A stretch of 64,000 bases of DNA from an uncultured Methanosarcinaceae archaeon (GCA_963721455.1 CAVRJG010000056.1:49970-113969), one strand, 5' to 3'. Shown: positions 32,666 through 43,828, counted from the stretch's first letter. The notes: generated by a model not told the origin, from the sequence alone. Numbers and translations are program-made.

Positions 32666-33073
32666 TCAGTCCACGATTTTCTTGCTCAGGATGTAGAGGA
32701 TCATATCTGAATTCAACTTGCTTTCTCTCGAAAGCTTATCAGCAATTACCTCATTGGTAAAACGATCGGCTTTTAATTCCTGAATCTTTTCCAGCACATT
32801 CTGGGAAACATTATAATATTCGTTTATATCCTTCCTGTGGCCCCAGACATCCCCTTCCAGAAGATTTATCTTCTGCATCTCCAGGAATATTTCAATTGAC
32901 TTGGAAACAGTCCTTCTGTAAGATTTAGGAAGCTGTATTGCTTCAATCTTCGGGCATGTTTCCGCAAGCATGAATACATCCCTATTAGACGGCCTGAAAG
33001 CAAGGTGGATAACCTTCTCGTTCGGATTCAGGGTAGGAATTTCCTCCCGTGAACTAACTACTCTGATTTTCAT
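32666..33073 (-). CDS. DUF1699 family protein (paralogue 2)
   Basis: Same signature; ATG at 33073. Confidence 0.9.
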   Translation of the reverse strand: MKIRVVSSREEIPTLNPNEKVIHLAFRPSNRDVFMLAETCPKIEAIQLPKSYRRTVSKSIEIFLEMQKINLLEGDVWGHRKDINEYYNVSQNVLEKIQELKADRFTNEVIADKLSRESKLNSDMILYILSKKIVD

Positions 33074-33175
33074 ACTTTTCCCCCACTCATTATTTAGAAT
33101 CAAATTTTTATTTATTTAAATATCGAATTTTGTTTACGCATTTACATTTTAAATACATATCGATTAGCCTGGATA

Positions 33176-34468
33176 TTATTTAGAGGGTTTATACCCGAAA
33201 CGAGTTCTAATAGCATCGGCATGTGCCTGTAGACCCTCTTCCTCGGCTAATGCGATAATAGTTTCTTTCAGACTTTCAAGCCCGGTCTTGCTGATTTTCT
33301 GAATACTTGAGTATTTAATAAAGTGGTTTATATTCAGACCTGAATAAACTTTCGCATATCCGGCAGTGGGAAGTACGTGGTTGGTCCCTGAAGCGTAATC
33401 TCCAACAGGCACAGGAGCATAGTTTCCGATAAAAATCGACCCTGCATTTTTTATTCTGTCAAGTACGAAATCTGAGTTTGATACCATAATCTCGAGGTGT
33501 TCGGGAGCAAATTTATTGCTGAAGCCAATACACTGTTCCAGGGAATCTGCAGTAAGAATTGCCGCATTTTCAAGAGATGCCTTTACAATGCTGTTTCTTG
33601 CAGCCTGTTCAGCCTGAACAAGCACTTCTCTTTTTACAGCTTCTGCCAACGTATCTGAGGTTGTGACAAGTATTGAAACTGCACTTGGGTCATGCTCTGC
33701 CTGAGCTATAATATCCGAAGCAGTCATAACAGCATCCGCCGACTCGTCTGCGATAATAAGTACCTCACTTGGGCCTGCCGGAAAGTCGATCTCCGCAACA
33801 TTCCTGATTTGCATTTTGGCAGATGTGACAAAAACATTTCCCGGACCTACAATTTTGTCCACCTTCTGGACAGTTTCAGTTCCATAAGCCATTGCCCCTA
33901 TTGCCTGCACGCCACCGAGCTTGAAAACTTTATCCGCTCCTGCAACCTTTGCGGCAATAAGCGTCAGCGGGTGCACAGAACCATCAGCCCTCGGAGGTGT
34001 GCACACTATAACCTTTTCTACTCCTGCAACCCTGGCAGGGATTACAGTCATCAGCACTGTTGACGGGTAGGAAGCCCGACCGCCTGGGGCATAGGCGCCC
34101 ACACTTTCGAGAGGCGTCGCCTTCTGGCCCAGCACAATCCCCGGTTTAAGTTCCATGAACCAGAGAGCCTCAGGAAGTTGAGCTTCATGGAAAGCCCGGA
34201 TGTTTGAAGCTGCGGATTTAAGGTGGTCCAGAAGTTCAGGGTCGATGCAGGAAAAAGCCTTCTCAAACTCTTCCTCACTTACTTCAAAATCTGCAAGTTC
34301 AACTTTATCAAATTTAGCTGTATATTCCCTGACGGCTGCATCTCCTTTCATACGTACATCCGAAAGTACGGCTGATACGGTTTTCGCTACATCTTCAAGT
34401 CCGGACCCCCGGGAGAGCATTTTTTGCATTTCAGCTTCCGAAACATCAGACAACTTTTTGAATAACAT
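33176..34468 (-). CDS. hisD: Histidinol dehydrogenase
   Basis: [59 protein letters not shown]. Confidence 0.97.
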   Translation of the reverse strand: MLFKKLSDVSEAEMQKMLSRGSGLEDVAKTVSAVLSDVRMKGDAAVREYTAKFDKVELADFEVSEEEFEKAFSCIDPELLDHLKSAASNIRAFHEAQLPEALWFMELKPGIVLGQKATPLESVGAYAPGGRASYPSTVLMTVIPARVAGVEKVIVCTPPRADGSVHPLTLIAAKVAGADKVFKLGGVQAIGAMAYGTETVQKVDKIVGPGNVFVTSAKMQIRNVAEIDFPAGPSEVLIIADESADAVMTASDIIAQAEHDPSAVSILVTTSDTLAEAVKREVLVQAEQAARNSIVKASLENAAILTADSLEQCIGFSNKFAPEHLEIMVSNSDFVLDRIKNAGSIFIGNYAPVPVGDYASGTNHVLPTAGYAKVYSGLNINHFIKYSSIQKISKTGLESLKETIIALAEEEGLQAHADAIRTRFGYKPSK

Positions 34469-34552
34469 GATGACCACCTCTGAAAGAACCTGACAAAACT
34501 TGATACGAATTGAAATCTCAAATTGAAATCCGGGAATCTTATGTAAACTAAT

Positions 34553-34595
34553 ACCAGATAACCAGATAACCGGATAACCGGTTAACCAGATAATC
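34553..34595. repeat. 8-bp tandem microsatellite (ACCAGATA/ACCGGATA) x5
   Basis: accagata accagata accggata accggtta accagata, upstream of hisD. Confidence 0.8.
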
Positions 34596-34716
34596 CAATC
34601 CCATTAAATCCCTGCCCTCATTTAATATTTTATCCCTTATCAAGCCCGTTAATAAAAAACTAAAAACGTAAGAAAGGAATTAAAATATTAAGAAATAAAA
34701 GATAAGGCAGGTAGAA

Positions 34717-36906
34717 TCAATAATCATTGATTGTCCTTTGCCCTGAAGAAGAGCCTTTCCCAGGAGGTTCAGGCTCCGTAATTTCAGGGAATGCATCTCT
34801 TTTCCCTATCTGCTTAAAGATCCTTTCCGCAACCTTCGGCCCCAGAAGAGCAGCCACTTTTTCCGGATCAGCACCTGCAAGGTCTGCTGTTGATCTGAAG
34901 CCTGCTTCGTAAAGTCTCCTTGCCCTCACGCGCCCAATGCTTCTGATATCGAGCAGATCCATCAAATCCGGGCCTGCTCCGTAATGTATCCGCTTTTCGA
35001 GTTCTGCAGCTTCTTTTGCCCCTTTGAGGCCAAGGATCCTGGCAAGCTGGGTGGCCACATGCATGATCCATTCAGCAATATCCGCAATTGCACGAATGTC
35101 GCCTTCCCCTATGCCAAACTTCAGGCAAATTTCGTTTTCAGATTTTTCACGGACCCAGTCAACAAGGAGAAGAGAAGTCTTGACCTCCCCCAGGAACCAT
35201 TCATATTCAGTAATGTTGAAGGGACTCGGGACCTTTACGAACTCGCTGGCGTGAGCCATTACGTAATCGTTGATCTCCTGATAGTCCTGGTTCCGCATGT
35301 ACAGCAGGCGCATATCAGGCGTACTGCAGACCAGATGCAGCAGGGTAAGCTCCGTCAGGGTTTCTGCTTCTCTCAGGCCCTTTGCAATGCGGGCGGCAGA
35401 AAGAGGGTCTATATAGAGCCTTGAGACAAGTTTTCCGAAATTTGTAGGAATAAGGGCATCTGTGCTCTCAAGCATCCCTTCCTGCCGCAAAAAGATAAGG
35501 CATTCTTCCACAACCGTCGAAAGCCCGAAGTTCGAATACTGGAAAGCGAAAAATGTTGCCTCCAGAAAATCCATGAGTTCTTCCTTTGTCCGCGCAAAGC
35601 CGTTGGAAATTGTAGAGAGCACATGAGTCCTGAGGGCATTTTCGGTTCCGAGCTTGGACCAGATATCTTCGGCTTCTGCCTCGATATAGTTCTCAAAAAG
35701 GAAAACAAATTCCTCATACGATTTTGCAAGAAGCACAGCTTCTCCGTACGGGTCGAGCCCTGGCCTTCCTGCCCTTCCTGCCATCTGCTTGTACTCGAGC
35801 ACAGGGATAGGCTGCATCCCGCCTTCAGAGGAATAGCGTCGGTAACTTCTGATAATTACGCGCCTGGCAGGCAGGTTGAGCCCGGCTGCAAGGGTAGGAG
35901 TGCTTGAAATCAGCCTGATTTTTCCTTCCCTGAAGCCATCCTCCACAAGTTCCCTTAAAGACGTCGTGAGCCCTGCATGGTGAAAAGCCGTCCCTGAACG
36001 GATGCAGCCTGCAAGGATCGTTGAAGTATCGGTTTCACTATTTTCGAGAACCTCGTCTGCAATCCCGGCCAGGGCTTCCCTGTCTTCTGCGGGGAGGGTC
36101 TTTTTAACTGTTGAAGCCGCCTTCTTTGCAAAAGCCGTGCAGTTTTTCCTGCTGCTTTCGAAAACCAGGCACTGCCCGCCTTCCCTGAGGGTATCCAGCG
36201 CGAGGTTTATGGCTTCATCTTTTGTGGACTGTTCAACAGGCTTTTCCCGGCCTTTACAATAGAAAATACTGTTAAACAGTACCCCTTCCAGAAGTTCGGT
36301 AGGCCTCCACTCGCTTACTACAAGTTCGGCTTCCAGCCAGGCTGCAAGCTCATCGGCATTCCCTACTGTTGCAGACAGCGCCAGGATCTGGCAGGATGGG
36401 TTCATTTTCCGAAGCTTTGCAAGAGTGACCTCAAGCGTGGGGCCCCTGTCCGCAGAATCGATAAGGTGTACCTCGTCTGCCACAACAACCGAGATTTCCT
36501 GCATCCAGGCAGTCTCGTTCCTGAGCAGAGAATCAGTCTTTTCCGATGTGGCAACGATAATGTCGTTTACCCCGAGCCCTTCGTCCCGCAGGTCATAATC
36601 CCCTGTGGAAATCCCGACCCTGACTCCAAGTTCCGAAAACTCCCGAAACCGCCTGAACTTCTCTGAAGCAAGCGCCCTGAGAGGAACGATATAGAGCGCC
36701 TTTCCTCCTGCCTGAATGGACTTCAACATCGCAAGCTCGGCAAGGAGAGTCTTCCCTGAGGCGGTCGGGATTGCAGCAAGCAGGTTTTTCCCTTCAAGCA
36801 ATCCTTTTTCCACTGCTTCCGCCTGAGGGGGATAAAGTTCCAGAATCCCGGAATCCAGATAAAAACGTTTTACTTCGTCGGGCAGATCGAGACTTTCTAT
36901 CTTCAT
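34717..36906 (-). CDS. hel308: Ski2-like ATP-dependent DNA helicase Hel308
   Basis: [58 protein letters not shown]. Confidence 0.95.
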   Translation of the reverse strand: MKIESLDLPDEVKRFYLDSGILELYPPQAEAVEKGLLEGKNLLAAIPTASGKTLLAELAMLKSIQAGGKALYIVPLRALASEKFRRFREFSELGVRVGISTGDYDLRDEGLGVNDIIVATSEKTDSLLRNETAWMQEISVVVADEVHLIDSADRGPTLEVTLAKLRKMNPSCQILALSATVGNADELAAWLEAELVVSEWRPTELLEGVLFNSIFYCKGREKPVEQSTKDEAINLALDTLREGGQCLVFESSRKNCTAFAKKAASTVKKTLPAEDREALAGIADEVLENSETDTSTILAGCIRSGTAFHHAGLTTSLRELVEDGFREGKIRLISSTPTLAAGLNLPARRVIIRSYRRYSSEGGMQPIPVLEYKQMAGRAGRPGLDPYGEAVLLAKSYEEFVFLFENYIEAEAEDIWSKLGTENALRTHVLSTISNGFARTKEELMDFLEATFFAFQYSNFGLSTVVEECLIFLRQEGMLESTDALIPTNFGKLVSRLYIDPLSAARIAKGLREAETLTELTLLHLVCSTPDMRLLYMRNQDYQEINDYVMAHASEFVKVPSPFNITEYEWFLGEVKTSLLLVDWVREKSENEICLKFGIGEGDIRAIADIAEWIMHVATQLARILGLKGAKEAAELEKRIHYGAGPDLMDLLDIRSIGRVRARRLYEAGFRSTADLAGADPEKVAALLGPKVAERIFKQIGKRDAFPEITEPEPPGKGSSSGQRTINDY

Positions 36907-37040
36907 TGAAAACCAGAAACTCACACATTAGATAAAAATCTATTTTGAAATCTCACGCCAGTGCCGGAAATTACTATACTGCAAAAGCCTGAGTTCCCTG
37001 TGTAAGGGAACCCCGGGGTTTGAGATTTTTAGAAAAACAC

Positions 37041-38807
37041 TCAACTGCTTGCCGAATAATAGTAATTTCCACTTTCCTTCTGTTCCCGGTCAAGCCTTGA
37101 GCCGAGGTTATTGACCCGCGGACGCCTTGTTTCCTCGTCCCTGCGGAAGGTTATGCCCAGGTTTTTCAGGAATTTGTTCATACCGGTTTCCATGCTGAAC
37201 GGGCCGTGTGCTTCACCGTATACCGAGGGCTTGCCTTCAAAAACCATAAGTCGCTGGCTCAACATATCGATCATGTAGATATCGTGGTCAACGACCAGGG
37301 CTGTCTTCTGGTTATTCTCGGCAAACCGGTTCAGGACCCTTGTGACCATGGAACGCTGTTCTACGTCAAGGTGGGCGCTAGGCTCGTCCAGAATATAGAG
37401 GTCGGCTTCCTTGGACAGGCAGGCTGCAATCGCAACTCTCTGCAGTTCTCCGCCGCTCAGGTCAGCAAGCAGGCTGTCATAAATTTTTTCAAGCTGGAGG
37501 GGATTTGAAATCTCAACCTCATAATAGCTGGTCCCGAACCGCTTTGAGATGCCGCGCAGGAAATCCTGCACGCTCAAAGGTATATCGGCTTTAATGTACT
37601 GAGGCTTGTAAGAGATTTTGACGTTTATCCCGGGATCTCCTTCATCAGGTTTTATTTCTCCGGCAAGGATTTTTACGAAGGTTGATTTTCCTATTCCGTT
37701 AGGGCCCACTATCCCGAGCACTTCACCTTCCCGAAGGCTGCCGCCTGTGGCTTTCAGGGAGAAACCATCCCCAAATTTCTTTGAAAAGCCGTTGAAGGTA
37801 ACCATGGACTTAATCTGTGAAGCTTCTCTTGGAGGATGGGTCTCAAACTTAATGGCTTCAAGCCGGATCCTTATATTTTCTTCAGGGAGGTAGCCTTTAA
37901 GGTACTGGTTAATTCCCACACGTACGCTCTTCGGGAGAGTAATCACACCGAAACCTGCAGGTTCTCCGTAGGCGATATGAATTACGTCCGTAAGCATATC
38001 CAGGATTGCAAGGTCATGCTCGACCACGAGCACAGCCCTGTCCTTTGAGATCTTCTGGATCAGGCGGGCAACATTGATCCTCTGGTAGATATCAAGGTAG
38101 GGGCTGATTTCGTCAAAGAAGTAGAACTGGGCATCCCTTGACGCACATGCAGCAATTGCCACACGCTGCAGCTCTCCACCGCTCAATTCCGAGATTTTCC
38201 TGTCAACTACGCCTCTCAAATCAAGGTAGTCGACAAGCTCATCCAGAATTCCTCTCTCATCGGTCTTTTCGAGCAGTTCGGAAGTCTTGCCTTTGAAAGC
38301 TTTAGGGATCAAATCCACATACTGGGGCTTCTGGGAAACCCGGACCTTTCCATCCACGACAGCCTTGAAATAGTCGTGAAGCGCAGTGCCAGCATAGTGT
38401 TCAAGCACATTATCCCAATCACCTTTTCCCTGGCCGAAGTTCGGGATCAAAGATCCTGAAAGTATCTGGACCGACGTGCTTTTCCCTATCCCGTTAGGGC
38501 CAAGGATTCCCGTCACTTTTCCCACCCTCGGCACAGGCAGCCCGAAGAGGGCAAAACCATTTGTCCCGTACCTGTGCGTGGGTTCTGTCAGAGCTTCAGG
38601 AAGCCCTATGATCATGATGGCTTTAAAAGGGCATTTGTTAACGCAAATCCCGCAGCCCACGCAGAGTTCTTCTGAGACGACGGGCTTCCCGTCCTCCTCA
38701 AAAACAATTGTCTCATCTCCTGTCCGGACCCTGGGGCAGTACTTTTCGCACTCCTTGCTGCACCTTCTGGGCTGACATCTATCTTTATTGAGTATAGCTA
38801 TTCTCAT
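37041..38807 (-). CDS. ABCE1/RLI ribosome-recycling ATPase
   Basis: N-terminal 2x[4Fe-4S] motifs, two GPNGIGKS Walker A motifs, two LSGGELQR signatures. Confidence 0.96.
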   Translation of the reverse strand: MRIAILNKDRCQPRRCSKECEKYCPRVRTGDETIVFEEDGKPVVSEELCVGCGICVNKCPFKAIMIIGLPEALTEPTHRYGTNGFALFGLPVPRVGKVTGILGPNGIGKSTSVQILSGSLIPNFGQGKGDWDNVLEHYAGTALHDYFKAVVDGKVRVSQKPQYVDLIPKAFKGKTSELLEKTDERGILDELVDYLDLRGVVDRKISELSGGELQRVAIAACASRDAQFYFFDEISPYLDIYQRINVARLIQKISKDRAVLVVEHDLAILDMLTDVIHIAYGEPAGFGVITLPKSVRVGINQYLKGYLPEENIRIRLEAIKFETHPPREASQIKSMVTFNGFSKKFGDGFSLKATGGSLREGEVLGIVGPNGIGKSTFVKILAGEIKPDEGDPGINVKISYKPQYIKADIPLSVQDFLRGISKRFGTSYYEVEISNPLQLEKIYDSLLADLSGGELQRVAIAACLSKEADLYILDEPSAHLDVEQRSMVTRVLNRFAENNQKTALVVDHDIYMIDMLSQRLMVFEGKPSVYGEAHGPFSMETGMNKFLKNLGITFRRDEETRRPRVNNLGSRLDREQKESGNYYYSASS

Positions 38808-39212
38808 ATTAGTCCCCGTAAATCACGTTTTTCTTTGATTTGTTAACAGATATAGATTAAATGAAGTGTCTGCTGTGATTTCAAGCTTAACCCGGCGCTT
38901 AACAATGTAAATGTTTGCTATAGTAGAGAACGGTTATCACAGCAGTGCAATATGATAATGTAACGGCTACCATAGGAGGATATTGCAAATATACAGAAGT
39001 TATCGGTTATGAAATGCCTGCTCTGGTATATGAACCGTTGGACTATTGCAGGCATGAAACATCAGTCACACGGGAGTTTAATTAAATAAACGGGCTAATC
39101 GGTACTACAGGAGTTTAGTGAATCGAACAGGTAAAAGCCGATAATTAAAAAAGAATGTGTAAAAAAGCCTTCAATTTTAAGAAAGCCTTTTTGCAGTTCA
39201 GGAAAGAAGACT

Positions 39213-39626
39213 TTAATTCAAGAGCAGAGTCCAGGTAACAAGGAAGAAATCAATGACCATAAACTCTACGTAAAACCAATCCTTTGCCTTAAATTCCTTG
39301 GGATCGATCTTGAATTGAGGATAGATAAGCTTCTGTATATAATACGTTAGTGCGATAGTGATCATCAGCACAGCATACCAGATCCTATCTTCCCCTATCC
39401 CGTACAGCTTGAAGGTTAAAACTCCTGCCAATATTCCGAGTACTGAAGCTACTATTGTCTTTATAATTCCATCTCTATGTTCCTTTTGCTTTTCCTCAGG
39501 CGTCCTTTCCTTAATCAGATTCTTCTTCTCTGGAGTCTCAACGCTCGCTACGGAACTTTCTGCAGCAGCCCCTGTGATTTTTGCGGGTTCCTTTATGGAC
39601 TTTGACTTCGGATTTTGCTTACTCAA
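39213..39626 (-). CDS. Small three-TM membrane protein (EMC6-like archaeal family)
   Basis: Charged N-terminus, then TM helices and terminal KDWFY..FM..DFFLVTWTLLLN; typical neighbour of ABCE1. Confidence 0.7.
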   Translation of the reverse strand: MSKQNPKSKSIKEPAKITGAAAESSVASVETPEKKNLIKERTPEEKQKEHRDGIIKTIVASVLGILAGVLTFKLYGIGEDRIWYAVLMITIALTYYIQKLIYPQFKIDPKEFKAKDWFYVEFMVIDFFLVTWTLLLN

Positions 39627-39764
39627 CCTGTATACTCTCCTGAACGGCAGTTAACATGCCTGGGATCTAATAGTTAGGATCTAATCTCAGTTAAAAAATT
39701 AGACCTGAATTAGAAAATTTGAATTCGCAGATTTAAGTTATCAGATTTAGATCATTCTATTTAA

Positions 39765-39965
39765 ATTATTAGAATTAAATTATTGAAATAAGATTATCGA
39801 AATTAAATTACTGGAATAAGATTAGTTGAAATAAATACTGGAATGAGATTAGTTGAAATAAATACTGGAATGAGATTAAAGGAATTAAATTACCGGAACG
39901 AGATTAAAGGAATTAAATTACCGGAACGAGATTAACGGAATTAAATTATTGGAATTAAATATTAG
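39765..39965. repeat. Degenerate intergenic tandem repeat (27-28-bp units built from ~14-bp subunits)
   Basis: attagttgaaataaatactggaatgag x2, then attaaaggaattaaattaccggaacgag x2, with degenerate flanks. Confidence 0.8.
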
Positions 39966-39982
39966 GACTGAATTTCACAGCT

Positions 39983-41002
39983 TTAAATAAATTCATTGCT
40001 TAAAACATTACCTATCTGATCTATAGATATCGAATCGATTCCTATTGAATTTAAATGTTTTGAAAATTTAGAAGGCCTGTCCCCTCCGGGGTGATAGACA
40101 AGAGTGACTTCAGGGTTAAGTTTTCGAACCATATCTTCAAGCCCGCAGGCGTCAAGGTGGTCGCTTATCCTGATTGTTGGGTAAGTATAATCCATTCGGC
40201 AGCTGAGCACGTACTTTTTCATGTTCCAGGGAAGTTTGTTAAGGTCCCAGGGAGCTACTACGAAAACCCCATCATCTCCTTCGGAATCAAAACCTGTAAG
40301 TTCCCCGGCATCTTCAAGCATACTCCGGGTAAGGGCTCTGGTCCTTGCTTCCATACGGATAGCGCCGTCATACCCAAAACCCCTTATGAGTTCAACCGCT
40401 CGCTGGGCTTTTCCAAACTCATATGCCCCAAAAGCAACCGCCCCGTGTTCAAAAAGGGCACATTTCATGCCTTCGAGGTCATCTGTAAAATGACAGGTGG
40501 GATCTGCCGGGTCCCCATAGTTAGCTTCAGTGATAAGGACATCGCAGGGAGGAAGCTTGCTCGCATCTTTGACGTCGCCTGTAACCAGAATCCTTGTCCC
40601 TACATCGTTTTCCCAGTAAAAAGCAGTAGCGCCTGCAGTATGCTCTGTAGGAAAGGTCTTTACCTTTACCCCTTCAACCTCGATTTCCTCCCCGACCCCG
40701 CATATGCTGCCCATATATTTTTTGTCGTGCCTGATTTCAAGAGCCGTTGCTGTTTTATCCGAACACACAGCATTGGGAGAGAGCATAGCCGATTTTCCGT
40801 GATGGTCGGAATGGGCATGGGTGATCAGATAGGCATCGGGCTGCGGATGCTTTCCTGGAGTGCGGGTGGTGTCAACGGAAAACGTGCGTAAATCCCCGGC
40901 ATCATCCCTGAACCGGAGAGAAATATGCGGTTTAAAAGTCCCGCGAGAATTACGCTGCCTGAGCGCCAGCACACCAAGATCAATTAGTTTTTTAGAAATC
41001 AC
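39983..41002 (-). CDS. Metallo-beta-lactamase fold nuclease (beta-CASP-like)
   Basis: LITHAHSDHH, H.AG, VTGD, LITEANYG, FGKAQR, ISDH; likely GTG start at 41002 after AGGA. Confidence 0.85.
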   Translation of the reverse strand: MISKKLIDLGVLALRQRNSRGTFKPHISLRFRDDAGDLRTFSVDTTRTPGKHPQPDAYLITHAHSDHHGKSAMLSPNAVCSDKTATALEIRHDKKYMGSICGVGEEIEVEGVKVKTFPTEHTAGATAFYWENDVGTRILVTGDVKDASKLPPCDVLITEANYGDPADPTCHFTDDLEGMKCALFEHGAVAFGAYEFGKAQRAVELIRGFGYDGAIRMEARTRALTRSMLEDAGELTGFDSEGDDGVFVVAPWDLNKLPWNMKKYVLSCRMDYTYPTIRISDHLDACGLEDMVRKLNPEVTLVYHPGGDRPSKFSKHLNSIGIDSISIDQIGNVLSNEFI

Positions 41003-41264
41003 GCAAATCCTTGAGGAGATTAAACTTAAGCTATTTAAGGTTAGGGAAATCCCATAGACTCGTGATATACTATATAGTATAAAAATAGAAGACAGCATAT
41101 AAAATTTGAGCTTTTTTCAGATTTTGCCTTAAAGCGTCGGACAATGATGTAAAGCGGGAGTTTTCCGCAGTTGCTCTTTTTATGGATATTGCCTGGGAAT
41201 CTCAAAAACGAAAAAGAAACTGTTTTAAGTGTTAAGTTTTATCGGAACTTATGGTGTTGGGCAG

Positions 41265-43561
41265 TTGATCGACCAAGAGGAAATTCACAATCAATGTCTT
41301 AGCGAAGATCCAGAAGAACGTATAAATGCGTTAGAGACAATTAAAATCTAATTTTTCACTCCATACCAGATAAACAACAAGCATGGAATGACTTACATAG
41401 ACTGACCAATGATGAAGACAGTTATGTGAGGTCTAGTGCTGCCTCTGCTCTTGGTTCTGCATTTTCTCACGTGCCAGATAAACAACAGGCATGGAATGAC
41501 TTACATAAACTGACCAATGATGAAGACAGTTCTGTGAGGTATGAGGCTAGCCTCTAGCTCTTGGTTCTGCTTTTTTCACGTGCCAGATAAACAACAGGCA
41601 TGGAATGATTTAGCATAGACTGAGCAACTGATGAAGACAGTTGATGTGAGAGTATAGTGCTGCCGATGCTCTTGGTTCTGCATTTTCTCACGTGCCAGAT
41701 AAACAACAGGCATGGAATGACTTACATAGACTGACCACTGATGAAGACAGTTGATGTGAGGTATGATGCAGCCAATGCTCTTGGTTCTGTTTCTTCTCAA
41801 TGTCCAGATAAACAACAGGCATGGAATGACTTACATAGACTGACCAATGATGAAGACAGGTATGTGAGAACGTCTATGCAAATCACTCTCTTGGAAAAGT
41901 TTCTATATTCAAGGCTTCCCAAGCAGAAAAAGAAGAAGATTACAAAAAAGAATTAGAAAAAGCAATTGAATTTTTTGAAAAAGCAGCACAATGAATCAGA
42001 TGAATGGATATAATCCATCTCAATTTTGCCTTCCTTTTTACCGTTCTTTCTATACAATAATTTTCAAAAAACAGGAAGCAAAGGAAGAAGTGGACAAATA
42101 TCTGGCAGAAGCAAAATATGCAATTAAAGGCTCAAAGAGCAAGGAACTGCTTTTTGAAGCTGTTAAAAATCTTGCAAATGCATTAAAAGAAGTCCAGAAT
42201 CTGGAAAATCTGGATTTAGAGGCAAAAAAAGGCGAGCTTAATTTTTATAGAAAATACTGTGATCGTGCAGCAGAACTAATGAGAGAAACTGAAGAAACAG
42301 CACCTTTTGCAACAGTAGCTATGAGAAAAGGGCTGCCTATTCTGGACAGAAATCTAAAAGGGCTTATCGAAGAAATTCAAAAGAAAGCAAAGACTGCATG
42401 CAAGGAATCGAAAGGAACTGATACAGAAGAAATTGCATGTGCTGTAAGTAGGGAAGTTCAAAAATGGGAAATTGGTAGTCAAGAAGAAATTACATCTTAT
42501 GTGAGAGTTTTATCTTTACTTTAGAATCAAAAATCCCAAGGCTTCCAGAGAACGAGCATATTTTTAAAATTATTAACGAGAGCAAAGATCAAAAAGACAT
42601 TAACAAATTGTTAGAGAATGCTTCAGAGTTGATAGAAATAATACCGGAAATAACCATTGATCCTGAGAGAATGAAACCTACAATCGGAATCATTACCGCT
42701 TTACCAAAAGAGTATGCAGCGGTTAACATTTTGCTGGAAAATAAAAATGATAAATATAAGATCCCAGGCTCTGGAGCAGGCCGAAGATATTGCTTAGGAG
42801 AAATACTTTCCGAGGACGGAGATAAGCACAACTTGGTTTTGGCAACCGCAGGTATGGGCAATAACATTGCTGCAACAAGGGCATCTCTTCTTCTTGAGCA
42901 CTTCCCGAATGTAAAATCGATTATCATGGTTGGTATAGCTGGAGGTGTCCCAAATCCATGTAAAGATAAAGTAGATGATCACGTTCGCTTGGGAGATATA
43001 GTTGTATCGAATGAGAATGGGGTTATCCAGTATGACTTGATAAAACAGGAGATTCAAGAAATTACATATCGAAATCCTCCGAGACCGCCGAGTGCCAGTC
43101 TTCTGGAAGCAGTAAGATACCTCGAAGCAGAAGAAATTCTTGGAAATCGCCCCTGGGAAAAATATATCGTTCAATCTCTTTCTCAGCTTAAAACTGAGCG
43201 CCCTTCTGACGATAAAGACATTTTGTACAATTCTAGCAATCAACATGAAACGATTCCTCATCCCGAAGACCCAAAGAGAATAAAAGGTCAACCCCGCGTC
43301 TTTACCGGACCTATTGCTTCCGCAAATATACTTCAGAAAAATCCAAATGCAAGAGATAAATTACGTGAAAAATTCAAAGTAAAAGCAATTGAAATGGAAG
43401 CTTCAGGTATTGCTGATGCGACCTGGAATCATGAAGCAGGTTATCTGGTGGTAAGGGGCATCTGTGATTATTGTGATTCTCATAAAAATGACGACTGGCA
43501 GCAGTATGCGGCTGTTGTTGCTGCGGCTTATACAAGGGCTCTAATTGAATCAATGCCTTAA
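41265..43561 (+). pseudogene. HEAT-repeat protein fused to a C-terminal PNP/UDP-phosphorylase (nucleosidase) domain; multiple indels
   Basis: TTG start (LIDQEEIHNQCLSEDPEERINALE), five 36-aa repeats PDKQQAWNDLHRLTNDEDxxVRxxAAxALGSAFSHV, a helical linker (ORF 41991-42524), a -1 shift near 42503, then IGIITAL..E, MVGIAGG, VRLGDIVVS, AIEMEASG and VRGICDYCDSHKNDDWQ. Confidence 0.8.
41366..41895 (+). repeat. Five tandem ~108-bp HEAT-repeat coding units
   Basis: ccagataaacaacag/agcatggaatga starts at 41366, 41474, 41583, 41695 and 41804 (spacing 108/109/112/109). Confidence 0.92.
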
Positions 43562-43828
43562 AAATTCGGACTTTCATCTTAAGAATGGTAGTTTAGAAAG
43601 AGTAAACAGTTTGATGGGTGGATGCTGCCTAAAAAACTAAAGTTAATTTGATCCTGAAGAAAGAAAAGGATCTTCTTGAAAAGCGGATCTCAATTATACT
43701 TTCAAGTTTTCTCACTTCCCCTAAATATAGGATTTAAGCTGGAGATTAGATCACGAAAGATGTAACACCTTTCTGTATAGTCCAATCTCCAGTAAAACTC
43801 CTGGAAGCATGTCTCACCCTGCGCAAAT

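Noticed and set aside
39765-39965. 27-28-bp repeats as a CRISPR array
   Set aside because: The repeats are directly adjacent with no spacers, and they are degenerate.
41366-41895. Regularly spaced repeats as a possible CRISPR array
   Set aside because: The whole 108-bp unit is repeated, it encodes HEAT repeats, there are no unique spacers, and no cas genes are present.
42522-42524. TAG stop as a pyrrolysine read-through joining the linker and PNP ORFs
   Set aside because: The downstream PNP ORF is in a different frame; a 1-nt deletion near 42503 explains the break.
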